64,000 nucleotides of DNA from an uncultured Candidatus Binatia bacterium (GCA_965215605.1 OZ244070.1:2016001-2080000), one strand, 5' to 3'; positions 29,500-40,346 are shown, counted from the first letter of the stretch. A program made the numbers and translations. The notes: generated from the sequence alone by a model not told the origin.

Positions 29500-30114
29500 A
29501 TGACAGGCGACCCCAGACACTTCGAATCCATCGGCAACCGCCTCGGATTCCGCCCGATACCCTCGGGCGACGACGAGATCCGGCTGGTCTGGCGCGGCGG
29601 GCGCTTCCCGGCGCTGCTGTGCCTCGGCATTGCCTGCTTCCTGTTGCTGCTCTCGGTGCCGGTGTCCCTGGCTATTCGCGCCCATGGGCTCGACAGCACG
29701 GTGGGGAACCTGTGGTATTTTCCGGCCATGAACGTGGTGTTGTTCGGGGTGGTGGTGTTCCTGTTCACCCTCAAGCGGGTGATACGGATCGACCGGCTCG
29801 CCGGCAAGGTCCACCTGTCCCGCAGCAGCCTGTTCATGCGGCGCCGGCTGACGCTGGAGTTCGACGAGGTCCGGACGGTGACGCTCGGCGAAGACCAGGT
29901 GTACAGCGGCTTCGCGGTGGCCGGCTCCACGGCCGGGCAGAAGTCCTTCCCCGCCCGTTCCCTTCGCCTGCTCCTTGCCGGCTCGCGGTCGGTGCTGCTG
30001 GACCGGGGCGGCGGAAGGCGGCTCGACGAGCTCGCGGCGCGCATCGGCTGGTTCATGGGCAAGCCGGTGGAAGGGGTGTCGCCGGGGAACCCTCCGGCCT
30101 CGGGCGGGGGTTGA
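29500..30114 (+). CDS. Hypothetical membrane protein (2 TM)
   Basis: Two hydrophobic segments followed by a soluble domain. Confidence 0.62.
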   Translation: MTGDPRHFESIGNRLGFRPIPSGDDEIRLVWRGGRFPALLCLGIACFLLLLSVPVSLAIRAHGLDSTVGNLWYFPAMNVVLFGVVVFLFTLKRVIRIDRLAGKVHLSRSSLFMRRRLTLEFDEVRTVTLGEDQVYSGFAVAGSTAGQKSFPARSLRLLLAGSRSVLLDRGGGRRLDELAARIGWFMGKPVEGVSPGNPPASGGG

Positions 30115-30219
30115 CCGGCTACGGGATTCTTCCTATAAACAGGGCGTCGTTCGGGTATCTTCACGGACCCTGCCAATAACGAGCCAAGTAACGAATCTCA
30201 CGATCGGAGACGGATTTTC

Positions 30220-30687
30220 ATGGACAAGAAGATCAAGTTTCGCGTCAACGGGACGGAGCATGAGATGGAGGTGCCCACCAACCGGCTGTTGGTGGACCTG
30301 CTCCGGTACGATCTGGGCCTCACGGGAACCAAGGAAGGCTGCAGCGTCGGCGTGTGCGGCGCGTGCACGGTGCTCGTCGACGGCGAGATGGTGAGCTCGT
30401 GTCTGGCCCTGGCGGTGTTCGCCGACGGCCGTGACGTGACCACGGTGGAAGGCCTGGCCCAGGACGGCGAGCTTCACCCGGTGCAGCAGAGCTTCATCCG
30501 CTACGGCGGCTTCCAGTGCGGCATCTGCACCCCGGGCCAGGTGGTGGCGGCCAAGGCGTTGCTGGACCACAACCCCAAGCCCAATGAAGAAGAGATCAAG
30601 GACTGGATGATGGGCAACCTGTGCCGTTGCACCGGCTACTACAAGATCATCGAGTCCATCGAGAAGGCGCACGAGTTCGCCAAGTAA
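30220..30687 (+). CDS. Molybdenum hydroxylase (2Fe-2S) subunit, CoxS-like
   Basis: GC..G.CGACTV, QCG.CTPG, NLCRCTGY. Confidence 0.93.
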   Translation: MDKKIKFRVNGTEHEMEVPTNRLLVDLLRYDLGLTGTKEGCSVGVCGACTVLVDGEMVSSCLALAVFADGRDVTTVEGLAQDGELHPVQQSFIRYGGFQCGICTPGQVVAAKALLDHNPKPNEEEIKDWMMGNLCRCTGYYKIIESIEKAHEFAK

Positions 30688-30699
30688 GGGGTTCAAGGA

Positions 30700-31566
30700 A
30701 TGATCGCTTTTGACTACCGTACTCCCGGAAGCCTCGAAGAGGCCTACGCGGACCTCAAGGAGCTCGGCTCCGACGGCAAGATCATCGCCGGCGGCACCGC
30801 GCTGGTCATCATGATGAAGCAGCAGTTGCTGCAACCGACGTGCGTCATCAGCCTGCGCAACGTGGCGGGGCTGAGCGACATCTCGGAGAACAACGGCAGC
30901 GTGCACATCGGCGGCCTCGTGACCCACGCCCATCTGGACGCGTCCGACGTGGTGCAGGGCAAGCTCCCGGTGCTGGGCGCCACCTACCACCACGTGGCCA
31001 CGCAGCGCGTGCGCACCATGGCCACGGTGGGCGGCGGGCTCGCCCACGCCGACCCCAACCAGGATCCGCCGCCGACCTTCATCGCCCTGGGCGCGAGCTT
31101 CGAGCTGAGTTCCGCGGGCGGCACCCGCTCGGTGGCGGCCGAGGACTTCTTCAGCGACTACTATGAGACGGTGCTCGAGTCGGAGGAGATCGTTACCGGC
31201 GTGAGCGTGCCGCTCATGGCGGCCAACAGCGGCGCGGCCTATCTCAAGTTCCTGCCGCGCTCGGCCGACGACTACGCCACCGTCAGCGCGGCCGCGGTGG
31301 TCACCCTCGACGACGCCAAGACCACGATCCAGGACGTCCGCATCGCCATGGGCAGCGTCAACACCACGCCCGTCCGCGCCACCGCTTCCGAGGACGTGCT
31401 CCGTGGGCAGCCGGTGAAGCCCGAGGGCTTGCGCGAAGCCGGCGAGAAGGCCAAGGACCACACCGACCCGGTCAGCGACTTCCGCGGCTCGGGCTCCTAC
31501 AAGACGCAGATGGCCGCCGTGTTCGTCCGGCGGGCGCTGGAGCAGGCCATCGCCAACGCGGGCTGA
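30700..31566 (+). CDS. Molybdenum hydroxylase FAD subunit, CoxM-like
   Basis: IAGGT, ATVGG..AHADP. Confidence 0.92.
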   Translation: MIAFDYRTPGSLEEAYADLKELGSDGKIIAGGTALVIMMKQQLLQPTCVISLRNVAGLSDISENNGSVHIGGLVTHAHLDASDVVQGKLPVLGATYHHVATQRVRTMATVGGGLAHADPNQDPPPTFIALGASFELSSAGGTRSVAAEDFFSDYYETVLESEEIVTGVSVPLMAANSGAAYLKFLPRSADDYATVSAAAVVTLDDAKTTIQDVRIAMGSVNTTPVRATASEDVLRGQPVKPEGLREAGEKAKDHTDPVSDFRGSGSYKTQMAAVFVRRALEQAIANAG

Positions 31567-31587
31567 TCACCGGAACGGAGGACAGAG

Positions 31588-32040
31588 TTGAAATTCAGTC
31601 AAAGCGCAACCGTGCCCGCGGGCCGCGAGCCCCTGTGGCAGCTTCTCATGGACATTCCCAGGGTCGCCACCTGCCTGCCCGGAGTCGAGGGCGTTGAGCA
31701 GTTGGACGGCGAGACCTACCAGGGGACCCTGAAGGTCCGGGTGGGTCCCATCGCGTTGAGTCTGCAGGGCAAGATCGTGCTGGAGGAAAAGGACCAAGCA
31801 GCGTGGCGCGCCGCGCTCCGGGCCGAGGCCGAGGACCGGCGCGTGGCCGGCGCCATGCGCGGCAAGTCTACCATGGAGCTCAAGGAGCTGAGCGCCGAAG
31901 AGACCGAGTTGACCGTAGAGACCGACGTCAACATCCTCGGCAAGATCGGCGAGTTCGGCCAGCCCATCATCCGCAAGAAGGCCGACCAGATGCTCACCAA
32001 GTTCATCGACAACATCAAGAAGGAACTGGCGGCGAACTAG
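31588..32040 (+). CDS. CoxG/SRPBCC family protein
   Basis: CLPG, KVRVGPI, GKIGEFGQ. Confidence 0.85.
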   Translation: MKFSQSATVPAGREPLWQLLMDIPRVATCLPGVEGVEQLDGETYQGTLKVRVGPIALSLQGKIVLEEKDQAAWRAALRAEAEDRRVAGAMRGKSTMELKELSAEETELTVETDVNILGKIGEFGQPIIRKKADQMLTKFIDNIKKELAAN

Positions 32041-32072
32041 CCGCAATCCTTCACGCCAAGGGTTCCCACCAG

Positions 32073-32101
32073 GTCATCCCGGGCTTGACCCGGGATTCAG
32101 G
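32073..32101 (+). repeat. CGTC-type REP-like palindrome
   Basis: GTCATCCCGGGCTTGACCCGGGAT; relatives at 39456 and 49421. Confidence 0.7.
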
Positions 32102-32174
32102 ATTGAGCGAAACGGGCGGCCGGTAGATGCAGAGACTGCCGGCCGCCCGTTCGTGTCTGGGCCCGGGGCGTGAC

Positions 32175-32624
32175 ATGAGGCGAGGTTCCGTGAAGCACAT
32201 TCTGGCAACCCTCGTGCTGTTGCTGCCTGCCGTGGCATTGGCGGACCACGAGCTCGAGAACCGCGACCTCCGCAACGGGCGGGCGCTCTATGCCGTGCAC
32301 TGCGCTTCCTGCCATGGGGCCAAGCTTGAAGGTCAGCCCAACTGGCGGCGACCCGGCAAGGACGGGATCAGGCCCGCCCCGCCGCACGACGAAACCGGCC
32401 ATACCTGGCATCACGACAACCACTATCTTTTCGACTACACCAGACTCGGCGGCAAGGCCCTGTTCGAGGCGCGCGGCCTGCCCGAAATCCCAAGCGGCAT
32501 GCCCGGATCCTCCGAGGACCTCACCGACGACGGGATCTGGGACGTCCTCGCGTATATCCGCTCCACCTGGCCGGAGAGGATTCGCCAAATCCAGGCCACC
32601 ACCAACCCACGCCATAAGCGGTGA
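32175..32624 (+). CDS. Monoheme c-type cytochrome
   Basis: Signal peptide; CASCH; APPHD.TGHTWHH; axial MP. Confidence 0.88.
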   Translation: MRRGSVKHILATLVLLLPAVALADHELENRDLRNGRALYAVHCASCHGAKLEGQPNWRRPGKDGIRPAPPHDETGHTWHHDNHYLFDYTRLGGKALFEARGLPEIPSGMPGSSEDLTDDGIWDVLAYIRSTWPERIRQIQATTNPRHKR

Positions 32625-32846
32625 CCGATTGACCGGTTTGCCGCGCACCTATACCGCGGGTTCCAGACCCACGGTCAGCCGGGTGCCGAAGCGCCTGGGA
32701 AATCTGACTCTTCGCCATCGCCCGGGATGGCGTCCTTCGACTTCGCTTCGCTACGCTCAGGACGCAAGCCTCTACACCTCCGCCACGAGATCCTTGTAGG
32801 ACAGCTCGGCCCTCGGTTACGTCAACGGACTTAACCAGACACCACA

Positions 32847-33887
32847 CTAGGCGATCATGGTCAACATGTCCTCGTGGATGGTGCGCCAGTCCCGGGCGAG
32901 GTCGATACTACGGGCTCGGATCGAAAAGCCTTCCAGACAGACATCCGCCGCCAGCGGCGTGCTGACCACCGGGTAGAGCAAGATCCCCTCGTGCTTGGGT
33001 CCGGGCGATTCCGTGGCCTCGCGGTTCCGCAGGTAGGCCAGGAGTTGGTAGAGATTGTTCGAGTGCAGTTTTCCGCCGTAACGGCCTCCCAAGGAGTCCC
33101 GGTAATATTTGGCATCCATGATGATCCGCCGATCCGGCGCTTCGAGGATGACATCGGCTTCCATTCGCGGAAGCCTGGAGCGTTGGTGGTCAGGCGTGCC
33201 TTCGTCCTGCCACGTGATGGTGCGGCCGCGATGGTTGACGCGGTAGCGATCCTGCTCGCGGCGATAGAACTCGATGATGAAGTCCTCGTACAATTTTTCC
33301 ATGCGCTCTTCGTCGAAGTCCGTGAAACTCGCGTCTCCGGACTGTTCGTCGATCAGCAACTGCTCATGAATGAGCCGGCACACGGACAAAAGGAATCGAT
33401 AGTACCGGCGGTTGCGGTCGAGTTGTACCTGCTGGAAAAGCCGGCGATTCAACCGCACCACCCTTACGTCGGCGAGCTTCGTATAGGCATTTCGGACCTC
33501 CGCACGCACGTTCGCGTGCAAGTCCGGGATTCGCAGGAGAGTTCCGAGGGTGGAGCGCAGGATGCGGTTGTGCAGCACGTCATGGGACAACTCCTCGAAC
33601 ACACAAGTCACCTGGCCACGGGCACGCAGTGCCCGCTTGGCAGTCTCGCCCACGGCGATCTTCCCGCGGATGCCGGCGAGGTCCTCGCGCACTTCCCGAT
33701 AACCGCGATCGATGCCCCGGCGGATCAGCCGGAAGGTTCCCTCGGCCAGCACCTTCCCCAGGAGATCGTGGACTCTCTCCAGTCCTCCCAGTTCCTCCAG
33801 CCGGACCACGTCCTGCTCCTCGACATGGCTCCAGGCGTAGCAAAGGAGGTAGTAGATGTTGGCGATGGGGATTTTCCCTTCATTCAC
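32847..33887 (-). CDS. mcrC: McrC-family restriction nuclease subunit
   Basis: IPIANIYYLLCYAW, MEKLYE, AD...IIMDAKYY, NLYQLLAY. Confidence 0.92.
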   Translation of the reverse strand: MNEGKIPIANIYYLLCYAWSHVEEQDVVRLEELGGLERVHDLLGKVLAEGTFRLIRRGIDRGYREVREDLAGIRGKIAVGETAKRALRARGQVTCVFEELSHDVLHNRILRSTLGTLLRIPDLHANVRAEVRNAYTKLADVRVVRLNRRLFQQVQLDRNRRYYRFLLSVCRLIHEQLLIDEQSGDASFTDFDEERMEKLYEDFIIEFYRREQDRYRVNHRGRTITWQDEGTPDHQRSRLPRMEADVILEAPDRRIIMDAKYYRDSLGGRYGGKLHSNNLYQLLAYLRNREATESPGPKHEGILLYPVVSTPLAADVCLEGFSIRARSIDLARDWRTIHEDMLTMIA

Positions 33888-36096
33888 CGCGACACAACTC
33901 CTCTACCAGCCTGTCCACCTGCTCGGGGCGGTCGAACCAGTACTCGCGCAGCAAGGGTGCGATCTGGGTATCGACGATGCCCCGATACCACTGCTCGTCC
34001 GCCGACTCCTCGGGCACGAAGTAGCTGTGTCCGATCTGGAAGCCGGGGCCCAGGTCCTTGTCCTCACGGATGCGTTCGTTGAGTGCCGACAGGTTGCGGT
34101 CGATCCGGTCCACGAGGGCGCGGTCGACATCCGCCTCGAGCAGGTATTCCCGGAATTGCCTGGTGCCGAAGGCGGGCTGAAGTGTCTCGAACGCGAACCG
34201 GCGGCGAAGCGCGTAATCCACAATCGCCAGAGATCGGTCCGCGGTGTTCATGAGGCCCAGTAGATGTACGTTGTCGGGGACGCTGAAGCGTTCTCCGGAA
34301 GCCCCGTAGGTCAGCGCGATGGCGTGCTCCGGGCCACGCTTGTCCGCTTCGATGAGCATGAGCAACTCCCCGAAGATCCGCGACAGATTTCCTCGGTTGA
34401 TCTCGTCGATGATGAAGACGAAGGGCGTCTCCGGCTGCTGCTTCGCGCGTTCGCAGAACTCGAAAAACACACCGTTTCGGAGCGTGAAGCCGCCCGTCGC
34501 CGTCGGTCGCCAGCCTTGAACAAAGTCCTCGTAGGCGTAGGATTGATGGAACTGCACCATGTCGACGAAACGCGGATCCTGGTACCCGATCAGGCACCAC
34601 GCGATCCGTCGCGCGATGAAGGTCTTGCCGACTCCCGGCGGCCCTTGGAGGATCAGGTTCTTCCGCAGCGCCATGGAGTCGAGAATGCGATGAAGCTGTG
34701 ATTCTTCGACGAACAGGTCGGTGAGCGCGGTGGTAACGTCGTAGATTGGAGGCTTCTTGCAGTTGAGTTTTGGGCTGGGACCAAGTCCGCTGGCGGGATC
34801 GATCAATTCGAAGGCATCCCGCAGCCATTTCTTGTAGGGAGTGAACCGAGTCAACGTCTTGGTGGTGATCAAGTCGTTCAGGCTGATGGGGGTATCGCAA
34901 GGATGCCACTCAACCCTCCGGAGGTTCCGATATTCGGCTCGCTCGGGGTCGTGCGTGTAGTCACCGGTCACTTTTCCCCATCCGAGAATGACAGAGCGTC
35001 CTTTCTTCGAGATGAGGATGTCACCGATCCTCATCTCATGCACGAATTCCCACGTGGCACGTGAGTGGCTGCTTCTTTGCCCGCGGCCGTTCTCGATCAA
35101 CGCGTTGTGGAGGGCCTCCCTGGAGTCGTATTCGCCAAGGTCACCGAGTTCGTCGTATTCGATGGCCGCGATACCATGTTCGCGGAAATCTCCCCATAGG
35201 CGTGCCCCCCGGCCCGCCCCGATGACCCACACGTCCGCCGTGCCGAAACGGTCCCGGTACCATGCCTCATCAATGTTCTCTGAGTGCTTTGTCGGTGGCG
35301 GGCGGCTTAGCCAACGCTCGATCAACGGTGGTTCGTAGAACAGTACTTCCTCACCAGGACGCTCGTCTTGAAGCCGTCCCACTACCGCCTGAAGTGCCTT
35401 GTCGAGGTTCACGAGGTCCATCTTGTCAACATCAGGCTTCTCGCTGGTCCCTTCAGAGAAGGCTTGGACGATGGCTTTCTTGTGGTTTAGCGAGATGACG
35501 GGCTCAAACACGTCAGGGAACATGAGAAACAACAGGGCATGACGAAATAGACGCTGGCGGCCTTCTCTGTGACTATCGATCCACTCCGCGAAAACCCAGG
35601 GGTCACCCAGCAGCGATAGCCGATCCTGCGGGGCACGTGAGCCCCAGTCGAGCATGATCGTGATGATGAAGTTGAAGTCATGTCGTTGGTGTCCCAGGTA
35701 GGTCATGCCTGGAAAGAGGATCCCAGCGTCCAGAACATCGCCTAGCGCCGGGTGATCTTCAGGCAGCGCCGCTCCCGACGATTCCCAAACCGTCCTGATC
35801 CTGTCGAGCTTCGTTACCCCTTTCACCCCACTGACGATCAGGAGGAAGAGCCACGTCATTTCCGCCCACAGACGCTTCGCCTCAGGCGGCGTGGGCTCGA
35901 GTTGGTGCCGCAGTTTCTCCTCGAACGAGCCGGCTCCCTTGTCGGGGCGTTCGACGAAGTGGGTATGGAGTTGTCCAAAGTAATCCTGCGTCCAGAGCCG
36001 TTCGTCGGTGAACACCGAACCGCCGTCGATCAAACACCTCTGTTTCCATTGCTCGGCGGCCTCGAGGATGAGAGCGGCACGTTCCAGTCGACTCAT
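33880..36096 (-). CDS. mcrB: McrB-family AAA+ GTPase with a long N-terminal extension
   Basis: GPPGVGKT, VQFHQSYAYEDF, IIDEINRG, MNTADRS, ALRRRF. Confidence 0.92.
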   Translation of the reverse strand: MSRLERAALILEAAEQWKQRCLIDGGSVFTDERLWTQDYFGQLHTHFVERPDKGAGSFEEKLRHQLEPTPPEAKRLWAEMTWLFLLIVSGVKGVTKLDRIRTVWESSGAALPEDHPALGDVLDAGILFPGMTYLGHQRHDFNFIITIMLDWGSRAPQDRLSLLGDPWVFAEWIDSHREGRQRLFRHALLFLMFPDVFEPVISLNHKKAIVQAFSEGTSEKPDVDKMDLVNLDKALQAVVGRLQDERPGEEVLFYEPPLIERWLSRPPPTKHSENIDEAWYRDRFGTADVWVIGAGRGARLWGDFREHGIAAIEYDELGDLGEYDSREALHNALIENGRGQRSSHSRATWEFVHEMRIGDILISKKGRSVILGWGKVTGDYTHDPERAEYRNLRRVEWHPCDTPISLNDLITTKTLTRFTPYKKWLRDAFELIDPASGLGPSPKLNCKKPPIYDVTTALTDLFVEESQLHRILDSMALRKNLILQGPPGVGKTFIARRIAWCLIGYQDPRFVDMVQFHQSYAYEDFVQGWRPTATGGFTLRNGVFFEFCERAKQQPETPFVFIIDEINRGNLSRIFGELLMLIEADKRGPEHAIALTYGASGERFSVPDNVHLLGLMNTADRSLAIVDYALRRRFAFETLQPAFGTRQFREYLLEADVDRALVDRIDRNLSALNERIREDKDLGPGFQIGHSYFVPEESADEQWYRGIVDTQIAPLLREYWFDRPEQVDRLVEELCRGE

Positions 36097-36226
36097 AGAA
36101 CCTCCCTGCAGCAACTACTGTTTCTTCTGCATTCGTAGACACTGTGTCCGGCATCCGCAAATCTATAGAACTGCACGGTTTCTCTCGCCGCTTTGAGCCC
36201 GATCTGATAACGTCGTCTGAAGGCCC

Positions 36227-37627
36227 GTGAATCACTCTGTAATCAATTCGGATGCACCGGTGACGGTGGGAGCGGGGCGGAAAGGCGGGAGTCCTTCGGC
36301 GGGGTTGTGGGAGACCGTCCGCCGGGAGTGCTCCCGGGGCGGACCGCCGGGCATCGTCCGGGTGGAAACCGTGATCCCGCGCATCGACGCCTTGGCATGG
36401 CTGCGTGCGCAGGAGGCCGGTACCGTCAGGTTTTACTGGGCGGGCAGGGCCGGCGAGCATGAGGTGGCCGGTGCCGGCGTCGCCGACGTCGTCACGGGCG
36501 GGGAATCGAACGCGGTCGACTCGCTGTTCGAGCAGTTGCGCGCCCGCCTTGAGACCGTCCGGACGGCGGCGCGGTACTTCGGCGGCATGCGCTTCAATGG
36601 GGAATGCGCCGAGGATGCGGCCTGGCGGGACTTCGGCTGCTACCGGTTCGTATTGCCGCGGTTCGAGCTGAGCCAACGGGGCTCCGACAGCGTGTTGGCG
36701 TGCCAATGGCTGCGTTCTTCCGCCAACGCCGACACTCTGATGCGGGAGGTGGATGCGCTGGTTTTCCCGGAAACCACGGTCGCCTGCGTCCACCTCGACG
36801 GTGCCGCCCGCGACGACCTGCCTGACAGGGCCGGATGGGACGCCGCGGTGGCGGGGTCCCTCGCTCACGTTTCTGCCGGAGACCTGGACAAGGTCGTCCT
36901 GGCGCGGAAATCCACGTTCGCCTTTGCGACGGAGCTCGATTCCCTGGCCTGTCTCCAGGCGTTGTTGCCGGCGGCGGACCGCTGCTATCGTTTCTGCTTC
37001 GCATCCTCCGCCGGCCGGGCCTTTCTGGGCGCGTCGCCGGAGCGGCTGTACCGTCGGGATGGGCGCCAGATCGTGTGCGACGCCATCGCCGGCACGCGCA
37101 CGCGCGGCGACGGCGTGTCCCTGGACCGGCAACTGGAACGGGACCTCATGGGCAGCGACAAGGAGCGGCGGGAGCAGGACTATGTGGTCCGGGGAATTCG
37201 GGAGAACCTGGCGCCGTTGTGCGGCTCGCTGAACGCTGCGGCCGATCCGTCGGTAGTCAAGCTGCACCAGTGCCAACACCTCATGAGCACGTTCGAGGGC
37301 GTGCTCCGCGACGGCGTCGGCGACGCCGAGCTGTTGAAGGCGCTGCACCCGACCCCGGCTGTCGGCGGCTACCCCACCGACCGTGCCCTCCGGGAGATCG
37401 AGGAGAAAGAACCCTTCGACCGAGGCTGGTACGCGGGTCCCGTGGGCTGGGTGGGGCGTGACGGTGCCGAGTTCGCGGTGGCGATCCGCTCCGGGCTCGT
37501 GGACGGTTCGACGCTCTCGGTGTTCTCCGGCGCGGGGATCGTGGCCGGCTCGGTGCCCGGGGACGAGTGGGAAGAGCTGGACTACAAGATCAGCCACTTC
37601 ACCCAGGCCCTCAACCTTCCGCGATGA
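36227..37627 (+). CDS. menF: Isochorismate synthase
   Basis: KVVLAR, GASPERL, AIAGT, LHPTPAVGG, RGWYAG, GAGIV. Confidence 0.9.
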   Translation: MNHSVINSDAPVTVGAGRKGGSPSAGLWETVRRECSRGGPPGIVRVETVIPRIDALAWLRAQEAGTVRFYWAGRAGEHEVAGAGVADVVTGGESNAVDSLFEQLRARLETVRTAARYFGGMRFNGECAEDAAWRDFGCYRFVLPRFELSQRGSDSVLACQWLRSSANADTLMREVDALVFPETTVACVHLDGAARDDLPDRAGWDAAVAGSLAHVSAGDLDKVVLARKSTFAFATELDSLACLQALLPAADRCYRFCFASSAGRAFLGASPERLYRRDGRQIVCDAIAGTRTRGDGVSLDRQLERDLMGSDKERREQDYVVRGIRENLAPLCGSLNAAADPSVVKLHQCQHLMSTFEGVLRDGVGDAELLKALHPTPAVGGYPTDRALREIEEKEPFDRGWYAGPVGWVGRDGAEFAVAIRSGLVDGSTLSVFSGAGIVAGSVPGDEWEELDYKISHFTQALNLPR

Positions 37628-39459
37628 CCAGCCCGCAAGCCCCCAACCTCAACCAACTGTGGGCATCGCTTCTGATCGAGGAGCTCGTCCGCAACGGCGT
37701 CGACACGTTCTGCGTGGCTCCCGGTTCTCGAAGCACGCCGCTGGTGGTGGCCGTGGCGCGAAACGGCCAGGCCCGGAGCATCGTCCACTACGACGAGCGC
37801 GGCGCGGCCTTCCATGCCCTGGGGCACGGGCGGGTTACCGGGACGCCCGCCGCCGTCGTCACCACCTCGGGCAGCGCTCTGGCCAACGTGTGGCCGGCGG
37901 TGGTGGAGGCGTCGCTGGAGCGGGTGCCGCTGCTGGTGCTGAGCGGCGACCGGCCGCCGGAGCTGCAGGACGCCGGCGCCAACCAGACCATGGACCAGGT
38001 CAAGTTCTTTGGCGCTTACGTCGAGTGGTCGGCGACTCTTCCGTGTCCTTCGGCCGACGTCGATCCGGCGGTGGTGCTGACCACCGTGGATCAGGCGGTG
38101 AGCCGCTGCGGCGGACACTCCGGCGGCGCCGTCCATATCAACTGCATGTTCCGCGAGCCTCTGGCTCCCACGGAACAGCGTGAGGACTTCGACGCGTATC
38201 TGGAACCGGTGCAGGCGTGGCGCGATGCCGGCCAACCCTACACCCGTTACGAGCGTGCACGGGTCCGCCCGGAACCGGAACTGCTGGCGGATGTGGCGGA
38301 GTTGGTCGCGCGCCGTCCCCGCGGCCTCCTGGTGGCGGGTCGGCTGGCGGGTCCGGCGGAGTGCGATGCCGTAGCCGAACTCGCCGAGACGCTGGGCTGG
38401 CCGCTCCTCCCCGATGTGACCTCGGGGCTTCGGCTGGACAGCAGGCCCAAGGTCGTTGTGCCCTACCAGGATGTCTTGCTGGGCTCCCAAGAGTTCCTGC
38501 GGCAGCACCCTGTCGAGGCCGTGATACACGTCGGCGGCCGGTTTACCTCGAGACGGCTGCCGGACCATCTGGAAGCCGTGCGGCCCGGGGACTACGTTGT
38601 CGTGGACGAGCATCCGGACCGCCAGGACCCCATCCACCGGGCGACAAAGCGGTTCCAACTCCCGGTGGCGGAGTTCTGCGGGGCCATGAGGGCGGTGGTG
38701 GCGGATGCCCGAGCAACGGGCGGTGCGGTGAATGCGGCGGCGGCCAGGGAATCCAGGGGAGCCCCGGACGCCGGTTGGCTGGCGGGCTGGCAAAGGGCGT
38801 CGGAGCACGTCGGCCGGCGCCTCGATGCGCTGCTGTCCCGGGACCAGACCCTGAACGAGCCCAAGGTCGCGTGGCTCGTGTCACGCCACATCGGAGCGGA
38901 TGAAGGGCTGTATCTCGCGTCGAGCATGCCGGTCCGGGACGTGGACACCTTCGGCTGTCCGAGGCCGGATCCGGTGGTGGTGGCCGCCAACCGGGGCGCC
39001 AGCGGCGTGGACGGCACCATCGCCACGGCCACGGGTTTTGCGCGGGGGCTGGGGAAGGGCGTCACGCTCATGATCGGCGACCAGGCATTTCTGCACGACC
39101 TGAATTCCCTGCGGTTGTGCCGGACCCTGGATACCCCGTTCGTCATCGTCGTGTTGAACAACGACGGCGGCGGGATCTTCTCGTTCCTTCCCATCGCCGG
39201 CTTCGCCGACGTTTTCGAGCCTTACTTCGGCGCGCCCCACGGCATGAACTTCGAGCACGCCGCGGCGCTGTTCGATCTCGAGTACGCCAGTCCGGCGACG
39301 GCGGACGGGTTCGTCGAAGCGTACGGCGAAGCCCGGGGCCGGCCCGGTGCCACCGTGATCGAAGTGCAGACCGCGCGCCGGGACAACTACGACCTCCACG
39401 TGAGTCTGCGAAAGGCCGCGCTGGAAGGACTCGACTCCCCCGTCATCAATTCTTCGTGA
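37624..39459 (+). CDS. menD: SEPHCHC synthase
   Basis: PGSRSTPL, DER.AAF, DRPPEL, ANRGASGVDG, GD..FLHD, NNDGGGIF. Confidence 0.95.
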   Translation: MTSPQAPNLNQLWASLLIEELVRNGVDTFCVAPGSRSTPLVVAVARNGQARSIVHYDERGAAFHALGHGRVTGTPAAVVTTSGSALANVWPAVVEASLERVPLLVLSGDRPPELQDAGANQTMDQVKFFGAYVEWSATLPCPSADVDPAVVLTTVDQAVSRCGGHSGGAVHINCMFREPLAPTEQREDFDAYLEPVQAWRDAGQPYTRYERARVRPEPELLADVAELVARRPRGLLVAGRLAGPAECDAVAELAETLGWPLLPDVTSGLRLDSRPKVVVPYQDVLLGSQEFLRQHPVEAVIHVGGRFTSRRLPDHLEAVRPGDYVVVDEHPDRQDPIHRATKRFQLPVAEFCGAMRAVVADARATGGAVNAAAARESRGAPDAGWLAGWQRASEHVGRRLDALLSRDQTLNEPKVAWLVSRHIGADEGLYLASSMPVRDVDTFGCPRPDPVVVAANRGASGVDGTIATATGFARGLGKGVTLMIGDQAFLHDLNSLRLCRTLDTPFVIVVLNNDGGGIFSFLPIAGFADVFEPYFGAPHGMNFEHAAALFDLEYASPATADGFVEAYGEARGRPGATVIEVQTARRDNYDLHVSLRKAALEGLDSPVINSS

Positions 39460-39484
39460 CCCCGGGCTTGACCCGGGGTCCAGG
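39456..39484 (+). repeat. CGTC-type REP-like palindrome overlapping the menD stop
   Basis: GTGACCCCGGGCTTGACCCGGGGTCCAGG. Confidence 0.7.
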
Positions 39485-39539
39485 TCGGGGGGGCCTGGAC
39501 TGATGACTAGCCCGGACCGACCATTCCAAGGACACCAGA

Positions 39540-40346
39540 TTGCCCGACCGGTATCCACTCCACTACGAACTTCAGGGCAGCGGCCGGGACACCGACCCGG
39601 CGCTGTTGTTCCTGCACGGCTTCACCGGCTCCGGGCGGGACTGGACGGAGACGGTGGAGGCGCTTCCCGACCGCCGGTGCATCCTGGTGGACCTTCCGGG
39701 CCACGGGTTGAGCGCAGGTTACCCGCCCATACTCTATCCGATGCCCCAGGCGGCGCTGGCGCTGCTCGCGGTGCTGGACGCACTCGGGATAGGGCAGTGC
39801 GTGCCGGTGGGTTATTCCATGGGCGCACGGCTTGCCCTCTACGTGGCGTTGACCCACCCGGACCGTTGCCGCGCCGTGGTGTTGGAGTCAGGGTCGCCCG
39901 GACTCGCCTCGGAGCGTGAGCGTGAGGCCCGGCGCGAGTGGGACGAATCCAAGGCCTCGGAGCTGGAACGGCGGGGGTTGGATGCCTTCCTGCAAGACTG
40001 GTACCGGCAGCCGCTGTTCCATACCATTCACCGTAACGAGGCGCGCTTCGACGCGCTGATGGAGCGGCGGCGGCGCAACGACCCCGGGGGCCTCGCCCGC
40101 TCCCTCCGGTTCATGGGCACGGGCTCCCAGCCCTCCCTGTGGCCGCAACTCCCGCGGATGCCGCTTCCATGGCTGGCTGTGGCCGGTGAGCTCGACGCCC
40201 GCTACAGAAAAACCATGCAGGATATGGTAAGCCTCTCGGAAAATGGCAGGCTCGTGACCATCCCGGACGCGGGCCACAATACGCATTTCGAGAACCCCGA
40301 GGCATTCTCCCGCGCTCTGCGGGAGTTTCTGGTGTCCCGCCGCTGA
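39540..40346 (+). CDS. menH: SHCHC synthase
   Basis: LHGFTG, DLPGHG, GYSMGAR, WYRQPLF, AGHNTH; position in the men cluster. Confidence 0.9.
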   Translation: MPDRYPLHYELQGSGRDTDPALLFLHGFTGSGRDWTETVEALPDRRCILVDLPGHGLSAGYPPILYPMPQAALALLAVLDALGIGQCVPVGYSMGARLALYVALTHPDRCRAVVLESGSPGLASEREREARREWDESKASELERRGLDAFLQDWYRQPLFHTIHRNEARFDALMERRRRNDPGGLARSLRFMGTGSQPSLWPQLPRMPLPWLAVAGELDARYRKTMQDMVSLSENGRLVTIPDAGHNTHFENPEAFSRALREFLVSRR

